Of a stretch of 64,000 nucleotides of DNA, positions 12,661 to 24,136 are shown piece by piece. Source of the stretch: Eremomyces bilateralis CBS 781.70 (taxonomy: Eukaryota). Location of the stretch: NCBI GenBank assembly GCA_010015585.1, contig ML975183.1. The stretch is one strand, 5' to 3'. The position numbers and the translations under genes were made by a program. Position 1 is the stretch's first letter. The number at the start of each line of letters is the position of its first letter. The notes under the pieces are model-generated. The model saw nothing but the letters and a program-made list of their open reading frames with translations, had not been told where the DNA came from and searched no databases.

Positions 12661-14508
12661 TCAATATGCATTATACACTTCCGTCTCCTTCGCGCGCCCC
12701 GAATACGCTCCTTCGCCCTGCTCGTCGTAATCCGTATACGTTGGTCTTCCCTCTCCGACGTCGTCGAGGCTGCGGTATTGCCCCTGTCGCCGATCACCTC
12801 CCCTTCCCCGGCCTCCTCGGTCCCCCCGATGACCCCCGCGGCCTCCCCGCTGACCTCCCCGCTCCCGCTGATGCCCTCCACGCCCCCCTCGGCCGCCCCG
12901 ATCGCGGTCCCGATCTCTGTCGCCATGCCTCGGACCCCGATCGCGATCTTGCTGCTCTCGGTACGCATTATGGGCGGGGCCCGCTCCGGGTCGCCGTGCT
13001 CCCTCTTGTGATTGGTCGTAGGTCGCGTGGTGCGGTTGGCGACGGTCGGGTGGTGGGGCGGAAAGACGCATGTAACCGTCGTCGTTGTCCTCGCGCATGC
13101 GCTTCGTTCCTTTGCCCTGCCCTGTGTTTCGAAGGCCCTTCCCCTGTTGTGCGTTGCCTCGCGAGTGGGTTGGTCCTCGTGGGATCTGGTTCGGGCGCGG
13201 GTGCGGATTGGAAGTTGCTTTGTCCGGGTTGGCATAATCGAATTTTTCTTCTTCGAGGCGCAACAGCGACTTCTCCCCCACCGTGCTCTCGAAGACGAAC
13301 TCTTTCTCCACGGGCACCGGTTGCCAGTTGTCGATCCGGGAGACGTCGATGGGTCGCGCGCCGCGTCGAAGGGCGAGCACGACCGTGGGGATGTTGTTCT
13401 CCGTGTACACCTTTTCGGTGCTGGGGATCGGAGCGACGCGCGCCGCCCAGAGCTTGCCTTCCCAACATGCCGTTCCGGTCACGCGCCACATCAGACGACG
13501 ACCGATTCCGCCCACTTTCGTGAGGACGGATGGGGGAGCGGGACGAGGGGTGATGAGAATGGAATTGGCCAGGTATCGGATATCGGACATGGAAACGTTG
13601 GAGGGCGGATGGACGAGAGATTGGAGTTGTTGCGACGCGGCGGCGGGTATGAGGTAACCAGTATAGAACACGGTTCGTCTGAGTATGAAAGGGATTGCGG
13701 TCGGAGGAGCGGTGCCGGCTAAGATGGCGGTGTTATGATTGTTAATCATCTTCTGCACCTCTGCCACTTCGGTGACTGCATTGAGAACGGTGGCATTCTC
13801 CGGAACTTGGATGACTTCGGCGACAATGGTGCCGCGTGGAGGGGGTGGAACTGGGTTGAGGAGCTGTCGGTTCAGATTGGCGAAGAAATCGCGGAACCCC
13901 TTGGTATGCTTTGGCCGGTCTTCATACACTCGGATTTCGGTTGCTCTGTGGTATGTGTTTACGAGCGTCGTGAAGAATTCGAGCTTGAAGTTCATGGTGC
14001 TGGAGAACTTCTGATTTGACGGTCCAACGGCCGGTTTGAGGGTTATCAGATCGAATTCTAGTCCCTTGGATTTGACGATTCGATTGATAAGCTCTGCGAA
14101 CTGGCGTTCGGCGCGTCCAGTCAAGAGAACGCACAGCGCATCTTTCTGCTGCATCGACAGCCGCACAAGGTCCACGATTTGCTCATTCCACCATCCATCC
14201 CAGGCACGCGGTTCTTCCTTCTCGACCCCTTCGCCTGTCGCAGCAAGGATGGCGGAATCATGCCACCAACCGCCATTGAGGAAAACGTCGGGACTGCCTA
14301 GCTGGCCGATTGTTTGGCCGTTCCAGAGTGACTTGTTGGGGAGGGGACTGGCAAAGAGGGTGTTGTCGAAGTCGTAGACGTGAATGGTTTCAATTTTGTC
14401 AACACCTGGCAGGTCTTTATCGGCGCATGACCACCTTCGTAGAGCGGTGACAGTATAGAGAGAGGAGCCATTGGCGGCCGAGTAGCCGTTTGACTGATAA
14501 TGGGACAT
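12661..14508 (-). CDS. HAD-domain 'Swiss Army Knife RNA repair-like' protein (former DUF2410) with an RGG-rich C-terminus; single exon
   Basis: HAD motifs VYDFDNTLF, LLTGR, K, IRVYEDR; GGWWHD block; RGGRGG tail. ATG at 14508. Confidence 0.85.
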   Translation of the reverse strand: MSHYQSNGYSAANGSSLYTVTALRRWSCADKDLPGVDKIETIHVYDFDNTLFASPLPNKSLWNGQTIGQLGSPDVFLNGGWWHDSAILAATGEGVEKEEPRAWDGWWNEQIVDLVRLSMQQKDALCVLLTGRAERQFAELINRIVKSKGLEFDLITLKPAVGPSNQKFSSTMNFKLEFFTTLVNTYHRATEIRVYEDRPKHTKGFRDFFANLNRQLLNPVPPPPRGTIVAEVIQVPENATVLNAVTEVAEVQKMINNHNTAILAGTAPPTAIPFILRRTVFYTGYLIPAAASQQLQSLVHPPSNVSMSDIRYLANSILITPRPAPPSVLTKVGGIGRRLMWRVTGTACWEGKLWAARVAPIPSTEKVYTENNIPTVVLALRRGARPIDVSRIDNWQPVPVEKEFVFESTVGEKSLLRLEEEKFDYANPDKATSNPHPRPNQIPRGPTHSRGNAQQGKGLRNTGQGKGTKRMREDNDDGYMRLSAPPPDRRQPHHATYDQSQEGARRPGAGPAHNAYREQQDRDRGPRHGDRDRDRDRGGRGGRGGHQRERGGQRGGRGGHRGDRGGRGRGGDRRQGQYRSLDDVGEGRPTYTDYDEQGEGAYSGRAKETEVYNAY

Positions 14509-14858
14509 ATTCAACGAGCAGTTTTAGCAGTCCGTCCACGGGGAAGCGCTTTGAGACGTCGGGGAGATGTCTATTGACTTGATGTATTGAGCGGAATTGG
14601 GCCCATATCGGCAGACAACAGCGTAGGAATACGCGTATAGCGAGAGACTTGGAGTAGAAAAGGAATCTGATTGTCCAGAAGCAGAGAGTCTCAGGTGAAG
14701 CGGAAGGGATTCATAGAAACCACTGAGCGTGAATCGCACTTGCCTCGTCGGTTTCTGATAGAACCCTGGTGGCGCATGTGGCTGGTGTCTGTGGCGCATG
14801 TGGCGCGGTTGGGCGGTTGTTGACAGGGAAAGCACGGTCCTGCTCTCCTGCCAACCAA

Positions 14859-14872
14859 TGTTTACTGTTTAC
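14859..14872 (-). promoter_or_regulatory. Tandem forkhead-type sites (GTAAACA x2) in the HAD/SMC4 divergent promoter, followed by a (CA)n tract
   Basis: TGTTTAC TGTTTAC about 130 nt upstream of the SMC4 ATG matches RTAAAYA. Confidence 0.5.
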
Positions 14873-15001
14873 ACACACACGCACACACGCAAAGTCGCAA
14901 TCATCATCCACTGCTGTTAGGTCTTGACTATCTTGACTACACCGATGCTTTGAGGAGGCTCTTCTGCTTATATCTCACAAATCCTCATGTAACATATAAT
15001 C

Positions 15002-18000
15002 ATGTCCGCAGCATCGCCAACACGACCTTCGCGACGGGCTGCCTCCCGGAAAAAGCTCGTCGTTGATTCATCCGATGAAGACGACACCAACACCACGCGA
15101 CAACAAGACAGTGAAGATGATTTCACCCCGGCCCCAGCTACGAGTCCACGACGTACGGCACGGCGAAAGACAACAGAGACCGCATCCACCCCGCGAACTG
15201 GTGGACGGACGAGAAGAACACGAGCCGGCGAATCCATTGAGCCTTCGCAAATCTTCAGTCCTCCCGAGAGCAACGCCCCTTCAGAGCCGCCTTCTCCCTC
15301 GAAGAAGGCCCCACCAAAGCGAAAGAGTGTGAGATCGAGTCGCAAGAGTCGCGCTTCTCTTGCCCCCGAAGTCCCTCAAACACCAACTGAGCCGCTACCC
15401 ACTCCGAAACCATCACTTTCGCCGGACCCAAGCGAGTCATTGATGGAAAGCGGCGATTCGACTCTACTCGCCCCAAAGCCATCCCCAACCCCGGTACCTC
15501 AGCAGAGACATGCCACGCCGCTTGCGGATATTACGAATAGCACGATTAATGAGCAGACTCAGATTTTGGAGGATGTCACGGAGCTCGCGAAACCAGACCC
15601 GATCGCGAAGGTTGATACACAGACTACGGTCCTCGAAAAGCCCATGGATATCGTGATTAGGACCCGGCATACGGCTCTTCCTGTCGTACAGGAGTCATCC
15701 GAACCGAAGTCCCGACTCGTCATCACCAATTTGGTCCTGATGAATTTCAAGAGTTACGCTGGAAGGCAAATCGTTGGTCCATTTCACGCGTCGTTTTCCT
15801 CGGTCGTTGGGCCCAACGGGTCCGGCAAGTCCAATGTCATCGATTCTTTACTCTTCGTGTTCGGTTTCAGAGCCAGCAAAATGAGACAAGGCAAGATTTC
15901 TGCGCTGATCCACAACTCGGCTGCTTTCCCAGATCTGGAGTATTGCGAAGTGGAAGTGCATTTCCAGGAAGTCATCGACATCCCCGGTGGCGGCCACAAT
16001 GTGATCCCCGACTCCACATTAGTTGTCTCCAGACGAGCTTTCAAGAACAACCAAAGCAAATACTATATCAATGGGTCCACGTCCGATTTTACGAGGGTCA
16101 CTACACTCCTGAAAGATCGTGGCATTGACCTGGATCACAAGCGGTTCTTAATTCTCCAAGGCGAAGTGGAGTCAATCGCTCAGATGAAGCCGAAGGCCGC
16201 AAATGAACATGACGACGGCCTGCTGGAGTATCTCGAAGATATTATCGGCACGTCGAAATACAAGACCCCGATCGAGGAAGCTGCCGCCGAGACAGAGACT
16301 CTCAACGAGGTGTGCGTAGAAAAAAGTGGACGCGTTCAACATGTTGAGAAGGAAAAGAACGCTCTGGAGGACAAAAAGGACAAGGCACTTGCTTACATTC
16401 GCGACGAGAACGAGCTAGCTATCAAGCAGGCGGCGCTTTACCAAATTTCCATGGCCGAGGCTCGGGATACCTATGAAGTCAATCAAGAAGCCGTTTCCAA
16501 ACTTCAGGCACAATTGGACGAGGAACTTCAACGGCATGCGGGTAGTGAAGATGGCATCAAGAGGCTTGAGAAGCAGTACAAGACCAGTTCCAAAGATTTC
16601 GAACAGCTCGAGAGGGACTCCCAGGCCTTGCTGAAGGAGATGGCTAAGATCGACAAGGACACGGTCAAGTTTGAAGAAAAAAAGAAGTTCCTAACGGGGA
16701 AGCAAAAGAAATTGGAAAAATCTCTGCAGACCGCGGCCTTTGGCATAGCCGAACAGGAGACCCTTATCAAGCAAGGCACGGACGATGTCGAGCGATGCAA
16801 CGAACAAATCGTAGAGCTCGAAGATCAGATCACGAGAGAAGAGCACGAGCTCAATGGGATCCGCGAAAGTCTGAAAGGCAAGACTCAGGGGTTGTCCGAC
16901 GAAATCGCCACAAAACAACGATCGCTGGAGCCGTGGCAGGAAAGGATCAGTCAGAAGCAGTCGGCCATGGCTGTTGCCCAAAGCGAACTCGACATCCTTC
17001 GGGAGAGGGAGAATGCGGGTGCTGTTGCAATCGCCGAGATCGAAACGAAGATTTCTGGATTTGATGAGTCCAAGGTTGCCAAAACCGAGAAGCTGGGCAA
17101 TGCCAAAGCCGAAAAGGCGACCGTGGAAGAAGAGCTACATGCCGTTCAAGCGGAATATGACGAGCTCATCGAAAAGGAGCCAGCCCTCCGGTCAAAGCTG
17201 TCCGGAGCTCGTCAGAAGGCTGACGAAGCACAATCAAGCCTTTCTGCTACTCAAACCCAAGGAAACGTGTTGAGCGGCCTCATGCGGCTCAAAGAATCGG
17301 GACGAATCGAAGGTTTCCACGGCCGGCTGGGAAATCTCGGCGCGATTGACCAAAAGTACGACGTCGCCATTTCGACCGCATGTCCATCCCTGGACAACCT
17401 CGTGGTTGACACGGTCGAGGTTGGTCAAGCCTGCATCGACTACCTCCGCAAAAACAATCTTGGTCGTGCCAACTTCATCCTACTGGATCGCTTACCCCAG
17501 CGGGATATGTCGGCGATCGAGACGTCGGAAAATGTTCCCAGGTTGTTCGATCTTGTCAAGCCCAAGGATAAGAAATTCATGCCCGCCTTCTACAGCGTGC
17601 TCCAGAACACTCTGGTCGCTAACAACCTTGAGCAAGCCAATCGAATTGCCTATGGTGCAAAGCGATGGCGTGTGGTCACACTTGATGGACAGCTCATCGA
17701 TAAGTCCGGTACGATGACTGGAGGTGGGACGCGTGTTGCCAAAGGTGCCATGTCATCGAAGTTGGTTGCCGATGTGAGCAAAGAACAAGTGACGAAGCTT
17801 GAGGGTGATCGAGAGAAGTATGAAGAGATGTTTGCGGAGTTTCAGAAAGATGTTCGAGAACTTGACGAGCGATTACGGGCCCTGAAAAACAAGATTCCAT
17901 CGTTCGAGACCCAGGCCCAGAAACTGATACTTGAGATTGAAAGTTTCGATCGAAATATCACCGACGCAAGGAAACGCATTCAAGAGTTGACAGTCGAGCA

Positions 18001-19541
18001 AACCACGCAGAAAGGTGACCAGAAGCGGATCTTAACCCTTCAGAAGACGATCTCAGAGTTGGAAGCCGAGATTGAGAGACTACGTTCCGAGACGAGTAAT
18101 GTGGAGGAGGAGATCAAGACACTGCAGGACAAGATCATGGAGATCGGTGGTGTCCGACTTCGCAGCCAGAAAGCAAAGGTCGACGGCCTCAAGGACCAAG
18201 TCAACACCCTCAGCGAGGAGATGTCAAATGCCGAAGTGTCTCGAACGAAAGCTCGGAAACAGAAGACCAAACATGAAAAGGCACAGACGGATAGCGAGAG
18301 AGACCTTGCCGGCACCGCAAAGGAGATGGAGAAGGTCGCGGATCAGATGACTGTGCATGTCCAGAATGCTTCCGGCTCAAGCCAGCAAGCAGAAGAGGCG
18401 CAAGAATCTTTGGAGGCGAAAAAGGAAGAACTCCAAGCCCTCAAAACCGAGCTGGACCAAAAGCAGGCCGAACTGAATGAGACTCGCGGCATTGAGATCG
18501 AGATGCGGAATAAACTGGAGGAGAAGCAGAAAATAGGGGACGAAGCAGCTCGACGGCTGAGGAGCTTTGAAGAAAAGCTCTCGAAGTTGGAGCTCCACAA
18601 CATCGAAGATCTCATGAGTGGACGGGAGGGGGAGCAGAACCAGCATCAGGGAGACACCAGACATGACAACGACGACTCGGGTGACGTCGTCATGGAAGAT
18701 GCCGATGCTACGACAGCAACCAATGCCGCAACAATGATCCCGATCTACAGCCCCGACGAGCTCGCCGACATGTCGAAGGAGACGCTCAAGCGAGAGATCG
18801 CTGCGCTCGAGTCCCAGACCCAGTCTAACCGAGTGGACCTTTCCGTTCTCTCCGACTACCGTCGTCGTGTCGCGGAGCACAGTTCACGCCTCGCAGACTT
18901 GAACTCCGCCATCGGCACCCGCGAGGCTTCGAAGCGCAAGCTCGACGAGTTACGCCGCCTTCGGCTGGAAGGGTTCATGCAAGGGTTTTCCGAGATCTCC
19001 ATGCGGTTGAAGGAGATGTACCAGATGATCACCATGGGCGGCAACGCCGAGCTGGAGCTGGTGGACAGCTTGGACCCGTTTGCAGAAGGGATCTTATTCT
19101 CGGTCATGCCGCCGAAGAAGAGCTGGAAGAATATCAGCAACCTGAGCGGTGGCGAGAAGACGCTGAGTAGTTTGGCGCTAGTGTTTGCGTTGCATCAATA
19201 CAAACCGACGCCATTGTATGTCATGGACGAGATTGATGCGGCGTTGGATTTCCGGAATGTGAGTGACACCGGCATGCAATGTCCTTCGCAATACTAACGA
19301 CTTCGCAGGTCTCAATTGTTGCCAGCTACATTAAGGAGAGGACAAAGAATGCGCAGTTCATTGTCATTTCATTACGGAACAACATGTTTGAGCTTGCAGC
19401 TCGCCTGGTCGGGGTGTATAAAGTCAATCATATGGTACGTTCCTCATGACTTACATTGCGAGGAAAACGATCCACTAACCCACATCACAGACGAAGAGCG
19501 TGACGGTGGAGAATAAGGATTATATTGTTGCACGATCGTGA
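15002..19541 (+). CDS. SMC4: Condensin subunit Smc4 (Cut3). Exons 15002-19258, 19309-19434, 19491-19541.
   Basis: NFKSYAG, Walker A GPNGSGKSN, FLILQGEVESIAQMKPK, hinge GRLGNLG, signature LSGGEKTLSSLAL, Walker B YVMDEIDAALD. Introns give the C-terminus VSIVASYIKERTKNAQFIVISLRNNMFE. Confidence 0.97.
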
Positions 19542-19863
19542 TGAATCATGGTTTCAAGGCGCTCATTCTGGTATGAGGGACGACCAAGGATTCCACGTCT
19601 TCCGAGCCAGTTCCGGATAGTTTTCTCTCCATCAACGGCGTTGGGCGGGAGTATGGGACAGTTGACATCGAAACCAAATATATGCAGGTTTTCGCGACTA
19701 GGTTTTCTGTGGAGGTGGACCCTTCCAGACGCTTTCTGTGTCCCGGTTATTATCATACAGAATTCCAGCTGGCGCTTATGATCTACTGAACCTCGACCCC
19801 GACCGCTCTGAATCGCAGCAGATCTGCGGCGAGCATAAGCATTGATCTCTCCTCAGAAGGGTT

Positions 19864-20640
19864 TTAGTCCTCCTGTCCGTGCTTTGGTGGGTCGGTCAGC
19901 GGCACGTATTGCACACTATATTGTCGTTTCTTCTCCACTGTCCCATCCTCCGCTTTGTCAATGACATAGATATGCTGGAGGAATCCTTCCTCCACTGGAA
20001 TAAACATCCTGCCCGGGGCCTTAAGTTGCTCGATCAACTTAGGGTGTAGCTCCTTCGCTGCGGCGCCAACATGGATCGCGTCGTAAGGGGCAAGTTCCTT
20101 ATATCCCAGCCGACCGTCCGCCTTCACGAATTTCACCGTCCCATTCGCGAGCAGTTCCCGCCCTTCAGCGCTTTTCTGCATGTTCTCCCTGCCTAGGTCG
20201 ACGAGCGGCTGGATGTGCTCAACCCCCACGACTTGTCCGTTTGGCTTGACAATCTCCGCCAGGACATGGGTAAGGTATCCCGAGCCTGAGCCGATATCCA
20301 AGACGTGGGAACCGGGCTTGAGGTGATTGAGCAGGGACGTGGCTGCGGAGGCATGCATGTGCGGCGCGGAAATGGTTGCCGAATGGCCGATCGGTTGCGG
20401 AGAGTCCACATAAGGCGTCTGCGGAGCATAATGGGCGCGGTCGACCTATTGCATGCCTAAGTCAGTGCAAACCTCATGAGTCCGGGCGGAAGGAACAAGG
20501 TCTTTGCTGGAGATCGAGTCAAATGACATTCCACTCACCCCTAGCATTGCATCCTTTACCTTCGCCGAGTCAATCATTCCATTCTGGTACAGGTTATTGA
20601 TGAGCTCGGAATTGGAGCCTCCTGTCGAGCGCCACGCCAT
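19864..20640 (-). CDS. PCMT1: Protein-L-isoaspartate O-methyltransferase (PIMT). Exons 20640-20539, 20445-19864.
   Basis: MAWRSTGGSN..VDRAHY..DSPQPIGHSATISAPHMHA, LDIGSGSGY, DGRLG, PYDAIHVGAAA, YVPLTD. Confidence 0.95.
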
Positions 20641-21932
20641 GTTGGTGAAAGAACGCGAACCCCCGCGTACCAGTCGCTGGAAGAGAGCGGCGAAACCCAG
20701 GATCACGATGAATCGGACGAGGGGCAGCTTGCAGATGGAGGAGATCGTTTTGATGGAGCAATTGCTGTATTCTCACAGTCACCGACTGCTCGGAATAAGA
20801 ATAGGAAAAGCTGGACGGACAGCATACACCAGTTAGCAGAACAGGTACTAGATGGTTACAGGAGAGGGAAGGGAGGCTGGAGGAGAGGGAAACTAGAGAA
20901 AAGAGAGGGGTGAGGGCAATAAGTTATCATCATGCAGATACCTACCACTCATCAGGATGAGCTCATGGTACAGACCTAGGTACTTCAGGCGCTAAAGTGT
21001 ATAGTATCAGTATTATATACCATGTACAGTAATTGTTTACGGATCATATGGTACTAATACTGTGTAGGTATGGTTCAGTCACACTTTGATGATGCTCAGC
21101 TTCATCAGATTGCTCGACTGTACGGAGTATCTGGTTACGTGATATGCGGGGTTCCACAGTCCACTGCTCCGCATGTCAGCGACCGACTCCACTGCGAACA
21201 CCGACCCCACGCTCGATCCCGCGTCTAGTCACTAACTAGTAACGGTGTGGAATTTAGAAATGAGTCTTGCAGAGAAGCATCCGATGCATGATGTAGTTAA
21301 ATCCAAGTTCCGAGCACGTTGAACCCAAACCCGGTATCCCGGTAGCTATTTTCCATATCGGCGTGTTCGGCAAGCCGATGCCGAGTCGCAACTCGAACGC
21401 CATCGCATCGACTACTATTTCTTAGTATCCCCTTGATTCGGAATAGCTTGGATGCAATATGATGTCGCCCTTTGGATTATTGAGATAAGTACCGGTACCA
21501 GTTGATTGCTTAGAGACTATACCAGACCGACTGAAGCGGTCGGATAACACCTCTGTCTGGTCCACCTTGACCTCTGTTTGGTTACTATCTCCTACTCTCG
21601 TGCCTTCCTTGTCGAATGATTCATGATGACGAAGCTGCACTCTCAGTACAGGTATCCCTGTTCGGGCAGAAAGAACTGGTAAAGCAAGAGGTTTCACGAT
21701 TCCTACCAAGTCTCGACTCAGTGAAACCAGTTTGCTCCGCTGGAATCCGCCCCACCATTTCTGTAATTCTCTCATGTTGATGACATCGCGTTAGGAGCAC
21801 GACAGGTGGTTGTCTAATGTCAATCGTGCCTTCTTTTCACGGCATCCGATTTCATACTTCAACAATTCCTTCAACACTTTCAATCCCTTCCTCGCTGGAC
21901 GCATTGAAAGTATATTCGGTCACTCTACGAAA

Positions 21933-23892
21933 ATGGAAGAATCGAAGCAGCCAATTGATGTTGGAGAGGTGCGTATCACGGCATGGGCTCGGAGCTGTCA
22001 TATGTGCTAAGCTCCATGACAGTACCTTTTCCGTCGCCTTCGTGAGGTCGGCGTCCAACATATTCATGGCCTGCCTGGGGACTTCAATCTCCAGGCGCTC
22101 GACTACATTCCCAAGGTTGGACTAAAATGGGTAGGCGACGCGAACGAGCTCAATGCCGGTAAGTTTCGTGAGCCCGTCAACCTATCCACGGCCTTGTCCG
22201 GGGTCGTGTATATCCTCCCCCAGCTGAACATAGAAGGCCTCCTTCACTCCAAACGGAGCTCCCTCAAGCACAATACCACTCTAATCATGGCCCAGTATAG
22301 TCGGATGGCTCTAATTGACGGTTCTAGGGTATTCGGCCGATGGATATGCTCGAATCAAAGGCATTTCCGCCCTTGTCACAACCTTTGGCGTCGGTGAACT
22401 TAGTGCCATCAATGCCATTGCGGGAAGTTTCGCCGAATTTGTCCCAGTCGTACATATCGTGGGATGTCCATCCACGGTCTCGCAGCGGAATGGCATGCTT
22501 CTCCACCACACACTTGGCAACGGAGACTTCCGAGTGTTCTCAGAGATTGGCAGGCAAATCAGTTGTTCGACTGCCATTCTCAGCCATCCAGAACAGATTG
22601 CCCATCAAATTGATGAGGTTATCAGAGAATGTTACATCCAAAGTCGGCCGGGCTATATCATGCTCCCCACGGATATGGTACAGAAAAAGGTGGAGGGCGC
22701 GCGGTTGAAGACTCCACTGGACATGACCTTCCCGCCGAATAACCCCGAAGTCGAAGACTACTGCTTGAATGCCATCTGCAAACATGTCGAGGCGGCGAAG
22801 ACCCCAATCATCCTCGTTGACGCCTGTGCGATCCGTCACCGAGCGCTGAAAGAAACTCACGACCTCATCGCAGCCACTGGCCTGCCCACCTACGTAACGC
22901 CGATGAGCAAAGGTGCAGTCGACGAGACAATTCCAAACTACGGCGGGGTTTATGCAGGTTCTGGGTCGTCGAAGGAGGTTCGCGAGAGGGTTGAGTCGGC
23001 CGACCTGGTATTTACGATCGGCTCCATCCAATCCGATTTCAACACGACCGGTTTCACCTACCGCGTCTCTCAATTGAACACCATCGACTTCCATTCCACA
23101 TACATCCGCGTCAAGTACTCCGAATATCCTGGGCTGCGGATGAACGGTGTGATTTCCAAACTGGCGAAAAGAATCCAGGATGGCAAGCTCAAAATCGCTT
23201 CTCCTGAGCCGCTGAAGGCCCCTGATAACCAGTCCGTTGAAGGCGAGCTCCAAACCAAGGGCCATGATATCACGCACGCATATCTCTGGCCACGGCTCGG
23301 TCGGTGGTTCCGTGAAGGGGACATCATCATCACAGAAACTGGAACGGCCGAGTTTGGGATCATCACAACCCGATTCCCGGCAAAGGCGAGAGCCATCAAC
23401 CAGGTGCTCTGGGGCTCGATTGGATACGCCACGGGCGCATGCCAAGGTGCCGCTCTTGCGGCTATAGACGAGGCTGCAGAGACGAAGAAGGAGCCGAGCC
23501 GAGTCGTGCTGTGGACGGGAGAAGGAAGCTTCCAACTTACGGCGCAGACGGTTAGCACGATGCTTCGGAACAATCTCACGCCGATTATCTTCGTCATCAA
23601 TAACAACGGCTACACTATCGAACGATGGATCCACGGCATGGAAGCCGATTACAATGATGTGCAGCCGTGGCGGTATACACAGATTCCGCATGTCTTCGGC
23701 GCGAAAGAAGGTCAGGCGAAATCGTACTCCGTGAGCACAAAGGATGAGCTCGAAAAGCTTTTGGGGGATGAACAGTTCAACACTGGAAAATTCTTGCGCT
23801 TCGTGGAGGTCATCATGCCACTCAAAGATGCCCCTGTTGGGCTAAAGTTGACGGCCGAAGCGAGTGCAAGGACCAATACTAGGCTGGACTGA
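21933..23892 (+). CDS. PDC: Pyruvate decarboxylase family TPP-dependent 2-oxo-acid decarboxylase. Exons 21933-21968, 22023-22158, 22328-23892.
   Basis: [57 protein letters not shown](E)[14 protein letters not shown]. Confidence 0.93.
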
Positions 23893-24136
23893 TTCAAAGC
23901 CTTCGGTTCACACCGTGATCGAAGCCGTTGCTAATGAATGGCACCCTTGAGACTGGCGAAGAAAGTACGGCGATGCGGCGGAGTCGGTGTGCTGTTCCTC
24001 GCGGCATTTTGGAGGAGCGACTCAAAAGAAGAGCTTTGCAAGATGGGATATGATCCGGACATTGAAAGGCGTTCAAAGCCTCGCTTGTGTGCAATCCGTA
24101 GTATTGAACAACTGAGCTTCTATAACAAGTAGTTCT

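Noticed and set aside
12136..13722. Long + strand ORFs (291, 305, 236 aa)
   Set aside because: Antisense shadows of the GC-rich, repetitive 3' half of the HAD gene; no recognisable domains.
22159..22327. Canonical TPP riboswitch or stwintron in the PDC intron
   Set aside because: No CUGAGA/ACYUGAU aptamer core. A [D1,2] stwintron reading would leave a 33-nt outer intron and shift the frame.
22540..23691. 383-aa minus-strand ORF (similar shadows over VTS1, ACO1 and CYS3)
   Set aside because: Antisense to a well-conserved, codon-biased gene; an expected artefact.
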